Source: Felis catus (taxonomy: Eukaryota). Taken from it: 64,000 nucleotides of DNA. The notes under the pieces are model-generated. The model made no database searches. It was not told the DNA's origin and saw only the letters and a program-made list of their open reading frames with translations. Below, one piece after another: positions 25,108 to 39,861 of the stretch. Within the stretch, counting starts at the first letter, position 1. Each line of letters starts with the position of its first letter. Where the stretch lies: assembly GCF_018350175.1 (NCBI RefSeq), contig NC_058368.1, forward strand, positions 109,680,001-109,744,000, read 5' to 3'. The position numbers and the translations under genes were made by a program.

Positions 25108-26510
25108 CTTTTTTTTTTAATTTTCTTTTTTTTAATTTACATACAAATTAGTTAGCATATATATAGTGCAACAGTGATTTCAGGAGTAGATTCCTTAGTG
25201 CCCTTTACCCCTTTAGCCCATCCCCCTCTCCCACACCCCCTCCAATAACTCTTTGTTTGTTGTCCATATTTATCAGCCTCTTCTGTTTTGTCCCCTCCCT
25301 GGTTTTATATTATTTTTGTTTCCCTTCCCTTATGTTCATTTGTTTTATCTCTTAAAGTCCTCCTATGAGTGAAGTCATATGATGTTTGTCTTTCTCTGAC
25401 TGACTAATTTCACTTAGCATAATACCTTCCAGCTCCATCCACATAGTTGCAAATGGCAAGATTTCATTCTTTTTGATTGCTGAGTAATACTCCATTGTAT
25501 AGATATACCACTTCTTCTTTATCCATTCACCCATCAGTGGACATTTGGGCTCTTTCCATACTTTAGCTATTGTAGATAGTGCTGCTATAAACATGGGGGT
25601 GCATGTGTCCCTTCGAAACAGCATACCTGTTTCCCTTGGATAAATGCCTAGTAGTGTGATTGTTGGGTCATAGGGTAGTTCTATTTTTAACTTTTTGAGG
25701 AACCTCCATACTGTTTTCCAGAATGGCTGCATCAGGTTGCATTGCCACCAACAATGTAAAAGGGATTCTCTTTCTCCCCATCCTCGTCAACATCTGTTTT
25801 TGCCTGAGTTGTTAATGTTAGCCATTTTGACAGGTGTGAGATGGTATCTCATTGTGGTTTTGATTTGTATTTCCCTGATGATGAGTGATGTGGAGCATTT
25901 TTTTCAAGTGTCAGTTGGCCATCTGGATGTCTTCTTTGGAGAAGTGTCTATTCATGTCTTTTGCCCATTTCTTCACTGGATTATTTGTTTTGTGGGTGTT
26001 GGGTTTGATAAGTTCTTTATAGATTTTGGGTACTAACCCTTTATCTGATATGTCGTTTGCAAATATCTTCTCCCACTCTGTCAGTTGCCCTTTAGTTTTG
26101 CTGATTGTTTCCTTGGCTCTGCAGAAGCTTTTTGTTTTGATGAGGTCCCAGTAGTTCATTTTTGCTTTTGTTTCCCTTGCCTCTGGAGACGTGTTGAGTA
26201 AGAAGTTGCTGTGGCCAAGATCAAAGAGGTTTTTGCCTGCTTTCTCCTTGAGAATTTTGATGGCTTCCTATCTTATGTTTAGGTCTTTCATCCATTTTAT
26301 TTTTGTGTATAGTGTAAGGAAGTGGTCCAGGTTCATTCTTCTGTGTGTCACTGTCCAGTTTTCCCGGCACTACTTGCTGAAGAGACTGTCTTTTTTCCAT
26401 AGGATATTCTTTCCTGCTTTGTCAAAGATTAGTTGGCCATTCGTTTGTAGGTCCATTTCTGGGTTCTCTATTCTGTTCCGTTGACATGAGTGTCTGTTCT
26501 TGTGCCAGTA
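25108..26510 (-). mobile_element. 5'-truncated carnivore LINE-1 (ORF2 C-terminus, 3' UTR, A-tail)
   Basis: ORFs 25352..25732 ([19 protein letters not shown]...TCTPMFIAALSTIAKVWKEPKCP) and 25911..26159 ([10 protein letters not shown]...EWEKIFAN) are L1 ORF2p C-terminal segments broken by frameshifts. T-rich tail at ~25108-25133. Confidence 0.93.
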
Positions 26511-27153
26511 CATATATTTTCAAGATCTATTATAAGGTGCATAATTATTTAGGATTGTTATGTCCTTTTCATGTATTGACCACAAAGCCATACAAAATGA
26601 CCTTCTTTAGCGCTGGTAATATTCTGTCTTCTGAAATCTATTTTGTCATTAATACATACTCTCTAGTTTTCTGTTTATCAGTATTGGCATATCTATTTGT
26701 GCATTTCTGGTCAGTAGCATGACTTGCTCTCTTATCCAATCTGATAATTTCTACCTTTTAGTTAGAGTGTTTAGACCATTCATATTTAATGAGATTATTG
26801 ATGTCATTAGGTTTAAATCTATCCAGGATTATTGGGGGCAGGGTGATAGAGTAAACTGGGTGGAATTGGTGGGAAGGATTACAAAGGGACACATGGAAGC
26901 TTGGGGGTGAGTTTTAATGATCTTGCTTGTGGTGTTGATTTTATGACTGTATATGTGTCAGATTATACACTTTCAATATATGCAGACTATTCTATCAACT
27001 GCACCTCAATAAAGTTTTTTTTAAGTTTTTATAATAATCACCCAGTGCTCATCAGGACATGTGAACTCCTTAATCCCCTCACCTGTTTCACCCATCCCCA
27101 TGCTCTAGTAACCTTTAGTTTGCTTTCTATAATTAAGAATCTGTTTCTTGGTT

Positions 27154-27213
<60 letters not shown>

Positions 27214-30044
27214 TTTTGTTCATTTGTTTTGTTTCTTAAATTCCACATTTGAGTGAAATCATATGGTGTTTGTCTTTCTCTGACTGACTTATTTCACTTA
27301 GCAATATACTCTTTAGCTCCATCCATGTTAAAGTTTTAAAGAAAAATTGGAAAGAAAAAATGTCATCTATAATCTTACCATGCAAATATGAGAGCTGTTA
27401 GCAATTTAGTAACCATGAAAGTCTAGAGACAACACTTTCAGATACCCAGATCTGAAAATTTTGAAAAACTGTAGTATTCCATTATGGTAATAAAATAGTC
27501 TGACTTTTCTCCTGTTGCTCGAGTTGGTTTATATTTGTGAAGGTTATATCTGCCATTATAGTTTTAATAATAAAACTGTACCAAAATGGATATTTTTGTT
27601 TCAATATTTATCCAAACAACAGATCTGGAAACTTTCCTAGGTACACTCCTCCACTGCAATCTGTTGATCATTAAGTTCTGTCACATTTGTCGCCTCCTTT
27701 CTGCTCTCATTGTTAATAGGCTGGGTGTGTATAAATGTCTTGAATTTGCATAAATTATAAGCAAGAGCACACAAATCACACAGTAGAGCTCCTATAAGGG
27801 GGTGTACTCTGTCTGGCATTAGTGGTGGGGACAAGTCACTGTATCAAGTGACTCTGATGACCAAAGTCACCAGGAGTGATCCTCATTTCTCTTCTGGACG
27901 CCTACAATAATATCTCTCATTCTTCTAACTTAAAGCTAAAGATATTACACCAATAAATCTAATAACATGTGAAGAAACAATTTTTCTTGAGCATTTAAAT
28001 GTTGATTACAAGCTGATCAATTAATGAAATAAAGCAATGTACTTTATATAATTTATATAATCACACACACATACATATATATTTACCCACACCATTAACA
28101 TCATGGATTTTATTAATTTCTTCCTTATTTCTGTACTAATTTTTCCTTCCTAGTTCTACTGCTATTCTTTTCTCCTTTTTTGATATTTTCTGAAGGATCT
28201 AATATTATTTTGATTTCTTCCTAGAATTACATTAATAATACCAGATCCAAAAGTAAAGTTATACCATCACAAACAGAGATTACAGAATTTGGGGCACAAT
28301 TTTGTTTGTTTGTTTTGCTTTTTAATGTTTATTTCTTTTTGAGATAGAAAGAGCAGGAGGAGGTAAGGGGCAGAGAGAGAGGGAGACACAGAATCCAAAG
28401 CAGGCTCCAGGCTCTGAGCTGTCAGCACAGAGCCTGACGTGGGGCTCAAACCCACAAAACTGTGAAATCATGACCTGAGCCAAAGTTGGATGCTCAACCA
28501 ACTGAGCCATCCAGGTGCCCAGGTCACAATTTGGTTCTTAGTGGAGTCTTGGGGTTTGGGTTGCCTTATAGATCAAGTCACTTAATCCTCTACTTCTAAT
28601 CTTGACATTCTTGAGATTTTAAATGTTTTGTGTTTTTTTTTTTTTTAACGTGAGGCTCTCCTGCCATTTCCCAGATAACACACAAATTCCTTAGTATGAT
28701 AGATAAGCCTTGGGAATATAGCAATCCCTTCCCCCAGACTCCCATATAGCCTCAACCCATGTTGGTGTCCACAAGAGCAGACTTCCAGCCATGCCCACCA
28801 ATTCTCTCTCAGCCAAATACACCTCCTATGAAAGGCTTATCCAAACTCTCCTAGCAAATGTTTCAGACTCTAAGCTCTCAAGAAACTTCTTTTTATCACT
28901 TAAGCAATACCTGTAATTGTCAATTAATAGCCTGTGAATCCTTGGAGGACAGAGACAGGTACTTAGCAATAGCTGTTAAATTTTGCGTGAATGAGCATTT
29001 TCTCCTTTGTCCACATACTCATGATTCCCTTCAAGAGAGCTAGTTACCGATGATTTCTTTGTGCAAATTATCTAATGGCCTTGGCTTACATGTTTTGTGA
29101 TCCCAGACTTTATTATAGATTTGCCTAGTACAGAAACCACCTTTTCGGAGTACTCTCAGGACTTCCTAAGGAGGGTAATCATTTTATCGAATGTGCAACA
29201 CAATGTCCATATAAAAAAAGTTATTCAGCAATTCTATGAATTTTCATTCTTGTTTTGTCCAGAAATTTTGGGGGAGAGTAAGATGTAGCTAGGAATTTAT
29301 CATTGTGGTCTAATAGTACTTACTGTCTACACCCCAAGTAGCTCTTAGCATATGGCAACTTGTATCATCTCTAATTTTAAATTAACATAATAACCATTTT
29401 AATCATTAATCATGGCAGGTTGAACACTGGGGCTCACTACTGTGTATTCATAAAATCTCACGATAAAGGGATTAAATATAAAACAAACCACCAAGACAGC
29501 ACGAACAGGAGAGGAGTGTAGATTCAGATTCTCACATAAACTTTCCACTGGTGTTTTTGTCTTCAAGCCTTGCCTGCACCTTGGCTGACAAGTGTATGGT
29601 GCCATCAAGTTTGGAGACTTTCCAGAGTTCCGCGGCACAAATCAGCTTGCTTCCTGTTGCTTTTCTCTTACTGCCGGCTTGTGCTTTGGCCTTGCTTGGT
29701 TTAAATCGGTAGCCGTTATTCCATCAATTTTACAGCTTCTGAAAGAATTGTCATTTCTTGTGTTTCATCTCGTCTTCTCTCCCTTTCTCTTTGCCTTATG
29801 CGTTTATGCTTTTTGTTTTTTGATGCCATCTTAGTTGGATTTCAGAGGAATGGTAATAAACACATGGGTTCAATTTTCCATGTTTAACTGAAAGCCCTCT
29901 TCGTTGTTCAGGTTTCTGTGTGTCTGGTCTCCCCGACTAGAGAGTGAACTCCAAGGAAACCATTATTGAAGTATTATACATTGTTTTATAGGATCTTCCA
30001 AACTGGCGTTCTATTTATGTTTATGGTTGATATTACGGATTACC

Positions 30045-30271
30045 GGGGCACCTGGGTGGCGCAGTCGGTTAAGCGTCCGACTTCAGCCAGGTCACGATCT
30101 CGCGGTCCGGGAGTTCGAGCCCCGCGTCGGGCTCTGGGCTGATGGCTCAGAGCCTGGAGCCTGTTTCTGATTCTGTGTCTCCCTCTCTCTCTCTGCCCCT
30201 CCCCCGTTCATGCTCTGTCTCTCTCTGTCCCAAAAATAAATAAAAACGCTGAAAAAAAAAATTTAAAAAAA
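30045..30271 (+). mobile_element. Young felid CAN-SINE with perfect 16-bp TSD
   Basis: GATATTACGGATTACC at 30029-30044 and 30272-30287 flanks a CpG-intact SINE. Confidence 0.95.
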
Positions 30272-30477
30272 GATATTACGGATTACCTTGAGTGGCCAGC
30301 ACAAGTACCCTTGAGGTTACATAAAAGACTTTTCAAGAACACTGGCAATTTCTAGGACTTCAACTTCCACCTGTACCCCTTCCTAAAATTAATCTAACAT
30401 TTGCAGCCCATGTATCGTATTGGCTTTCCTTTCTCTTTTCCTCTTTAATGATGCATTTCTCTCCTTTTCCCCCTCTC

Positions 30478-30519
<42 letters not shown>

Positions 30520-30929
30520 CACATCTAAATCTTTTTCTGGCACAATTTGCCCAGGGTGTAAAAACCTGCAGGGCAGCATACAAACATACAATTTGACATA
30601 TTGCTTTGGGCCAACTTCTTCCAATTAAGGCCCCATAAGCTGAGGTATGGCAGTACGGTCATACATATATATAACATTTTTCTTCCCCTGCCAACAGCTC
30701 AGCTTGGTGTGAGAAAACAGGTATTTGGCCCATGTCTGAATGTAGATATATTATAGTGGGGGAAAGGATGCAGTAATGACGATTTTTAATTAAAGAATTT
30801 GCCTCTTCCATCTGTTGTCAGAGAAAGCATCGCTCCTGAGGAAGTCCTAGAGAAGTAAAGCTAGAGGAGAAATGTTGAAGGTGATGGCTCCTTCTTTCTT
30901 CCAGCTAATGGCAAGATTCCATGTGTTGT

Positions 30930-31818
30930 CTAACTACCTTAGTACACTGTTACTCAAAATCCAGAAAACCTAGAAAGATAGCACCAAGATCCTGGATTCT
31001 AAACACCATTCTTCAATCTAAAACCAGGGCAGACCTCTTAGAGAAGTGGTTGGTTCCAAAGGTGGGTCAGGGAGACCTGAACTGGAACATCAAACATGGA
31101 ACATCTTGTGGTTCCAGGATGTAAGGAAATACCAAAAGCCAACCAACAAGCTAAGAAACAATGAGGATTTGTTTAAAGAATAAAGGAGCCAAAGTGAAGG
31201 AGCTCTCCTAATAGCCAAAGGAGGAACAATGTGAACAACAAAAGAAACAATGGTATTATTGGATTTTAACTCACAGGACAAAATAAACATCTGAGTACAC
31301 AGTATAAAAAAATCAAATGGGAGAGGAGCATCTCTCTACTTGCTAGATGGAATGATAATCAATTCGTGAAATACTTAATAAAGCCAATTGCACTTTCAAA
31401 AAATTAAAAGATTAAAAAATGGTGGAGACGAGACAGCTAGCACAATCTTAGAGAATTCCAATTAGCGTAGGAGAGAGGGAAACAGAACATCACCACTTGC
31501 AAAACTTCACAGGAATAATTGTAGATGAGATCCACTAAAACTAGTGGGTGAGTATAGAGTAACAATTTGCCTGGTCTCACAAGTATCTCTCCCAAGATAT
31601 ATTAACTAAAAGGGTAACTTTACAATGAAGAAATCTGACTGAAACCACCTTAAGCAAATAACCAAATCAACATCACTAATAATAAATAAGACATATTGAC
31701 ACTAGAAATCCTGTGATAGGGCGGATGGAGGACAGCTTCACTGCCGTCATTTTCTTCCGAAAAGTACGACCTTAATTCAGTCACAACATCAATAAACCCA
31801 AACTGAGGGACATTAGAC

Positions 31819-31855
<37 letters not shown>

Positions 31856-32085
31856 AAACACTCTTTTAAAACAATAAGGGCATGAAGGACTAGGAGATAC
31901 TGAGGAATTGTTATAGACAGTAGCAGACTGACTAGTAGCTAACTGTATTTTCTGGGTCATACTCTGGAACAGAAAAAGGACATTAATAAAAAAGCTGGTG
32001 AACTATGGTTATGGAAGATGCTAACATAAGGGGAAGCTGGGTGAGGTATATATGTCAACAGCATTTTTGCAATTTTTCTGCAAAC
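30930..32085 (+). mobile_element. Old LINE-1 (L1MC/MD-like) 3' UTR
   Basis: AAACCCAAACTGAGGGACATT...CTGGAACAGAAAAAGGACATTAATAAAAAAGCTGG...GGGAAGCTGGGTGAGG...TTTTTGCAATTTTTCTG pattern. Confidence 0.6.
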
Positions 32086-32974
32086 CTATGAATATGAAGT
32101 ATACCTTCTCTGCACTTTTTCCCCTCCCATTACCAGGGCTAATGTGCAGCCTACAACTATATTTTAATTCCAGGACAAAGTACTAATGAAATGTTTGTGG
32201 AATGAAAACCTATGATCTAATGACTCTTCTTGATATGGTTGTGGTTGAGAAATGTTACATTTAAGGCATTTGCTGAGGGTGGGGGAGAGCTGAGTGGCTC
32301 AGTTGGTTGAGCATCTGACTTCAGCTCAGGTCATGATCTCACAGTTGGTGGGTTCGAACCCCGCATCGGGCTCTGTGCTGACAGCTCAGAGACTGGAGCC
32401 TGCTTCAAATTTTGTGTCTCCCTCTCTGTCTGCACCTCCCCTGCTTGTACTCTCTCTCTCTCTCTCTCCCTCAAAAATAAACACTAAAAAAAAAAAAAAA
32501 AAAAAAAAAGACACACGTCAGGGACTCAACTTCCAAATTTTTGCCTTTAGGCAGGATATGGAGAAACTCTTCGGAAGTTAGACTCTACCTTGCCATTGAT
32601 TCTGTTTTCTGTTTTTGTTATTTGTATTAGGACGGGGGTCAGAGGAAGAGAAAGAGAGAATCTCAAGCAGGCTCTGCACTCAGCACAGAACCCAACACAG
32701 GGCTCAATCCCACAATGCTTGGATCATGACCTGAGTGGACATCAAGAGTCGGATGCTCAACCGACCCTGCCCCACAGGTGCCCCGCCACTGATTCTGTTT
32801 TGAATGAACTGTATGACTAGAAAAGAATAGAATTCCTGCCTTCTGTACTTCTCCAGGTACACCTTGTAACATTTACAACAATAAAAATAATTAGAATTTG
32901 CTTAAATGTCCTTACCCTCCAAAGGAGTAAGAGCTAGCATTAAGTAAAATAGCAAAGAGATAATAGATGCTTGA

Positions 32975-34394
32975 GCTCGTGAGCACAAACGAGTTTTATT
33001 TAATTGCAAGTGTTGCAACCTAAGTACACTTTTCTTTTCTCTTCCAAGTTCTTTAACTGCTAAAAATGCCCTTATAGAGACTACCGTTGTAAAATGGGAT
33101 TAATTAGTAACTTATTAAATCTACCTGTCAATTGATATGTTCTGTATGGAGCCTTTGAAATGATGTTTTGAGAGTTTATTTACAATCACTGAAAACAGCT
33201 GGTTCTATAAAACATACAAGGAGTTACAGGCTCCTTAAACTTACAACATACGTGTATTTCAACACTTAAATAGAAGCTCATTTTTTCAAAAGCAGTTTTC
33301 TACTTTCTCATAAAAATATAAAAAAGACAACATTCATAGTTTTAAAAACCCTTATTTAGCCCAAGTCAAGATTTTTCTACAAACGATACCTCTTTCCAAA
33401 AAGCTTAAAAGACATCATAGAATGATGTCATGCACAACTAAATAATTTCACCACAGCAGAGTATATCACTTTTAAGAAATATTGTGCAGTATTTCTTTTT
33501 AATCTTACACGCTACATTTCAACGGTGTCTATGCTATGTAAACACATGACATTAATCCAAGTCATTTGTATTTACTCAGTAGATCGCCACATATGACCAG
33601 TTGCCATGAACTGTCAAATCACAATGGCAAAAATAATAATAAAATAATAAAAGGTAACCTTTATGAATGCTTAGAAAAACTTAATAAAAGGCAACCAACA
33701 TCGCCCTAAGTTGTGGTAAAAATTACCTTTCTTCCTCTTCCTTTTCCTCTCCTACCTTTTACAGCATATTAACACACAAAGATATTTATATCACTTTACT
33801 TAAATTAAACTTTTAAGTGACTCTTTTCTGATACACACAACTTATCAAAAGGCACCAAATTTGGACTCCTAAGTACTTTCAGAATTTTGGTTCCTTTTTA
33901 GGTTCCTCTAGATTGATTTTCCTCAGACAAGAGTAACTCTAAGAACCAGAAGAAAACGAATGACATAACACAGTAAGTGGACACTTGTATGACTGAAAAG
34001 GCATAAATATATTAATAGGTTCCTTGAGCTTTTCATTTAAGAAGTCACAATAACCTTCTGAACATAAACATAAAAATCGAGAACATTTATTAAGAGGAAA
34101 CTCCTCTAAGTTTATAGTAACAAGGTAGTAAATCTTCCATAATAACACAGCCAAAAGCATGAGAAATTCACTGCCAGACATTGTGGTTCATTATCCTGAA
34201 AACATGTCTGATATGTAGCACTAACATGTAACAAAGTGTGGCATTCATTTCACAGGGAGAAAAGAAAAGTTTCATCACAATAACAGATTTACTGGATTCA
34301 GCTTTAAGTTTTAGAGATATATATTAAAGATAAAAAAGAAAAACAAGATTTACCCTTAAAATAAAAAAAGTCTTTTATATATATATATATATAT

Positions 34395-34467
<73 letters not shown>

Positions 34468-34638
34468 TAATCCATTATTAATACTCTTTATGCTCTTATG
34501 ATGTGTAAAACATTTAGAAACTTCCAAACTCTAGAAATGTTGACTGGTTAACCTGTTTGGCCTTAACACAATCTAAATTCCCTTTCGAGAATCACACTGA
34601 TGTGTTCAGTCCGGCAGTCCAATAGGGACGGAGCGATT
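32975..34638 (-). other. ZCCHC10: ZCCHC10 3' UTR (end approximate)
   Basis: AT-rich, SINE-free stretch after the stop codon. Minus-strand AATAAA hexamers at 33175-33180 and 32995-33000. The cleavage site is inferred. Confidence 0.6.
34376..34468. repeat. Compound (TA)n(CA)n microsatellite in the ZCCHC10 3' UTR
   Basis: Directly visible. Confidence 0.95.
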
Positions 34639-34959
<321 letters not shown>

Positions 34960-35556
34960 TTAAAAAGCAATTTCATGGGCGAACGAGGTATATGGATACA
35001 CTGAAGCCTGGCTACCACGGGATCCCTAGATGTGATGCGCTGGGGACTGTGTGACTAGTAATCCCGCAGCAACCGCAGGTTTTACTTTAATAACGTAACT
35101 CTCCTAGATGGAGTTCAAGAGCACTGTTCCTACTCTTATTATACTCCAGAATGAATCATGTTAGAATAAAGTTGCAGTGTAATTGTTGGGTTTATTTAAG
35201 CCTTGGAGAGTATGGTAAATGTTTCATAATCTTTACTCTCACCAGATATATAGCTGGTCAACAATTTTTTTTTTTACCGGTCTAATAATATTTCCTATTC
35301 TAATAGAATAAGAGAGATTTCTAAGAGAAATTATTTACTACTTCCAGGTATACTCTGGAAAGTTGGAGAAAAAGGAGAAATGAAGCCAATAAATTCCAGT
35401 CAGGTAAAGAGAGGAAAAAGGGATGATACTTAATCACGAATTACAGACAAGAGATTTCAGATCCAAATTTTATCACAAGTGTTTTAAAATCACTCTTTTC
35501 ATCCCTCCAATGAGTATTCTTTATTATCTACATAATATTCCTAAAGCCACACTTAC

Positions 35557-35598
35557 CTTTTTTTCTTCGTCTTTCTTTCTACATTAGTTTCTCCGATG
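35557..35598 (-). CDS. ZCCHC10: ZCCHC10 coding exon 3 (SIGETNVERKTKKKR)
   Basis: Acceptor CATGTTTATCAG| and donor AAAG|GTAAGT. 42 nt, phase 2/2, keeps frame between exons 2 and 4. Confidence 0.93.
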
Positions 35599-37038
35599 CT
35601 GATAAACATGAGGGGGGAAAAAGCTCCTGTTAATAGTGATTATACACAGCTCAGGCAAACCCTTCAGCTATCCCCAAAACTGTTTTACATTGGAGAAACA
35701 CTTTGTCTTTCATGACAAATACTGACTCCAGTATTTTCTTGTTATAAGCAATAAGTTAGTTTCCTACTATAGGCTGCATACGATACATGCAGTCAACTTA
35801 ATCAGTACTTAAAGGGTAAGACAGATATTATCAACTGTATCTTAGAAGCCAGGTAAGTTGGTGGTTAAGAGGACTGAGTGCACCAATTTGATTCTTTTTA
35901 GTTTTGAGCTAAGGTTGACATGGCTAAACCAACTACTTATGGAATAACAAAACAACAGTAAAACACCAACTATAATTTGAGTTTTCAGAATTATCTTATA
36001 AATGACTATTTCATTAAAAAAAAAAAAGGAAAGCAACCTTTAATTTAAAATAACCATTTCTGGGGGTGCCTGGGTGGCTCTGTCGGTTGAGCCTCCGACT
36101 TCAGCTCAGGCCATGATCTCATGGTTCATGAGCTTAGCCCGGCCTTGGGTTCTGTGCTGACAGCTCAGAGCCTGGAGCCTCCTTCGGATTCTGTGTCTCC
36201 CTCTGTCTCTGCCCCTTCCCTGCTCACACTGTCTCTCACTCTCTCTCAAAAATAAGTAATAAAAACATGTCTATAAAATAACCATTCCTGGGGGCACCTG
36301 GGTAGCTCAGTCTGTTGAGCCTCCAACTTCGGCTCAGGACATGATCTCATGGTTCATGGGTTCAAGTCCTACATGGGGCTCTGTGCTGACACTTTAGAGC
36401 CTGGAGCCTGCTTTCGATTCTCTCTCTCCCTCTCTCTCTGCCCCTCCCCTCCTCATGCTCTGTCTCTGTCTCTGTCTCTCTCTCTCTTAAAAATAAATAA
36501 ACATTTAAAAAAATTAAAAATAAAACAAAATAACCATTTCTAGGGCATCTGGGTGGCTTAGTCAGTTGAGCGTATGACTCTTGATTTCAGCCATGATCCA
36601 AGGGTCATGGAATGGAGCCCTGTGTTGGACTCTGCACTAGGCATAGAACCTGCTCTACTCACTCTGTCTCTAATAAAAAAATAAAAAAATAAAATGAAAT
36701 AAAATAGCCATTTCTTTTTCTGTATGTCCCCTAAATTGTTCAGTTATTTACTATTTGATTTATTTAGTTAGTTTTTTTTTTTTTTTAAAGTACACTCCAC
36801 AACCAGCGTGGAGCCCAATGTAGGACTTGAACTAATGACCCCAAGATCAAGACCCGAGCTGAGATCAAGACTCTGACACTTAACCAATTGAGTCACCCAG
36901 GCACCTCCAGTTATTGTTATTTACTATTATTAAAACCAGACACTTAATACTTCAAGACTGTGTTCCCTCACATTATTTTTTTTAACGTTTATTTTTGAAA
37001 GAGACAGAACGCGAGAGGGGGAGGGGCAGAGAGAGAGG

Positions 37039-37070
<32 letters not shown>

Positions 37071-39826
37071 ATCTGAAACAGGCTCCAGGCTCCGAACTGT
37101 CAGCACAGAGCCCGATGCAGGGCTCAAACTCACGAGCTATGAGACCATGATCTGAGCTGAAGTCAGACACTTAACCAACTGAGCCACCAAGGTGCCCCTA
37201 CTCACATTATTTATAAAGAACAAAGTCTGATGATTTTTGAATGAAATATACAAATGGTTTGCTGCTATATTTCTGCCAAATATACATGCTATATCGGGTT
37301 TTCAAATTACATAATTACTTCTATTACTATAGCACTGTCCTGTAAATTTAACATTTTTATATTCTTGACTTCTCTCTATTTCCTAGATAATGTTTGTATC
37401 CTTATTTTCTGAGTCTTTGAATATAAATATATATTTATGTAAAGTTGTCTCACATAATGGAATTACTACAATTGTTATTTTCATGGTAAAGTAAGTGGTA
37501 GGAGTACATTTATCAATCACACCAGAAAAATTCATGATCACTGAGATTCATACACTTTCATCATTTTATCAGTGAACCAAAAATCAGCAATTTTTATCTA
37601 ATAGAGCCATATCTAAAATTCATGTAGTTTTGTGTATTTTTTTTAAAAACATTTATTTATTTTGAGAGGGGCAGAGGGGCAGACAGAGGGAGAGAGGGAG
37701 AATCCCAAGCAGACTCCACACTGTCAGTACACAGCCCGATGCAGGGCTGGCTCTTACCAACCATGAGATCATAACCTGAGCCGAAATCGAGAGTCAGACA
37801 CTTAACTGGTTGAGCCATCCAGGTGCCCCTAGTTTTATGTATTTTTAAGAACAAGATATTCATACCATACAACTAGAAAAACAAAGTAAATGTTGAAATT
37901 ATTTGTAACTATTATACTTTATTTTATTAAAAATTTTTTTAATGTTTGTTTTGGAGAGAGAGAGAGCACAAGCAGGGGAAGGGCAGAGAGAGAAGGGGAT
38001 AGAGGATCAGAAGTGGGCTCTGCATTGATAGCAGTGTGCCTGGTGCAGGGTTTGAACCCACAAACCCTGAGATCATGACCTGAGCTGAAGTCGGAGGCTC
38101 AACTGACTGAGTCACCCAGGCACCCCTATATTTTTTTAGGACAGGGCTCTTCAAACATTTTTTGCTTACGTTCTTTTTTTTTTTTTTTTTTTTTTAAGAG
38201 AGAGAATGACAGAGCACAAGCAGGGGAGAGGGGCAGAGAGAGAGGGAGAGAAAGAATCCCAAGCAGGCTCCATATTCAGTGCAGAGCCTGACGCAGGGCT
38301 CAATCCCATGACCCTGGGATCATGACCTGAGCTGAAAACAAGAGCTGGATGCTCAACTGATGAGCTACCCAGGTGCCTCCCTTTTGCTTACATTCTTTTC
38401 TTAAAAAATGTTTATTTATTTTGTGTGTGTGAAAGAGAGCACATATGCCAGCAGGGGAGATGAAGAGAGAGAGAGAAGGACAGAGAAAATCCCAAGCAGG
38501 CTCTGAGCTGAAAGACACAGGGCTTAATCTCATGAACTGAGATCATGCCCTGAGCCAAAATCAAGAGTTGGACACTTAACCAACTGAGCCACCAGGCGCA
38601 GCCCTCTTACATTCTTAATAAAGAATCTGAAAAACTTTTTTTGCCTCTTCCTTTTTTAAATCCAAGTTTTAATATTAACGAAAAGTGTAATGACTCATCT
38701 CATATATATAATTTTAAAAGAAAATTATTATATCATTTGGTAATTGTATCCAATGGAAAGTACATACCACAATAATTTGATACCTACTGTAATTCACTCA
38801 AAAATTATGAACAAGCTTATCTTTAACAGTTGGTACTTTTACACTGTCTTTTTTCCTCACTGAACTTGTACTTTTTTTTCTTTTTGTTTTCTTTTTCTTA
38901 AAGTAGGCTTCACACAACATGAGGTTCAAACCCACAACTCTGAGATCAGGAGTCAAATGCTCCACTGACTGAGCCAGCCAGGTATCCCTGAACTTGTACT
39001 TTTATTCTCGTTTCCCTATAGAAAGTATCCTAATATATTTTTATGGCAAAGATTTTTAGTGATCACTTATGGTATTTCTCGGCAATAAAAACAGAGACCT
39101 AACTTAAAATTGTATTTTTTAATTGCATATGATCCTAAGACTTTAAAAGTGTTTAAAAATTCTGAATTGAGCAACCATTACTGATAATACAATTGATTAA
39201 AACAATGTAGAAATACATTATAAATTTTAAAGTTTATTTATTTTGAGAGAGAGAGGAGGAGAAAGGAAGAGAAAGAATACCAAGCAGGCTCCAGGCCACC
39301 AGTGCAGAACCTGACACGGGGCTTGAACCCATGAAACCATAAGATCATGACCTGAGCCAGGATCAAAAGTTGGACATTTAACTGACTGAATCACCCAAGT
39401 GCCCCAATACATTACAAATTTTAATAATTATTACACATCAAAGTAAATTTATTGGAAATGCATCTCTTAATGACATCGAGTGTTTTTCCACTTAATGTAT
39501 CCATGGATCTTATTGCTAAATTCCAACAAGGTTCAGCATTAATTCAATTCCTGTATTTAATTTGTATAGATTTGACCCTAAGAAACCTTCTTAACCTCAA
39601 CAGTTGGGAATAGAGTTTTGTTGTAGCAATGTCACTGTTTGAATTCCTCCAATGTTGTATTCCATGAGTCACAAAAATGTATGATTAAAAAACACTTTTA
39701 TGGGCACCTGGGTAGCTCAGTTGGTTAAGTGGCTGACTCCTGATTTCAGCTCGGGTCAGGACGTCATGTTTTGTGAGTTTGAGCTATGTGTTGGGCTCTG
39801 TGCTGGCAGCACGGAGCCTGTTTGGG

Positions 39827-39861
<35 letters not shown>

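Noticed and set aside
31820..31849. Isolated long poly(A) run (another at ~17522-17540)
   Set aside because: No attached retrocopy body or clear TSD; most simply a homopolymer expansion inside an old repeat.
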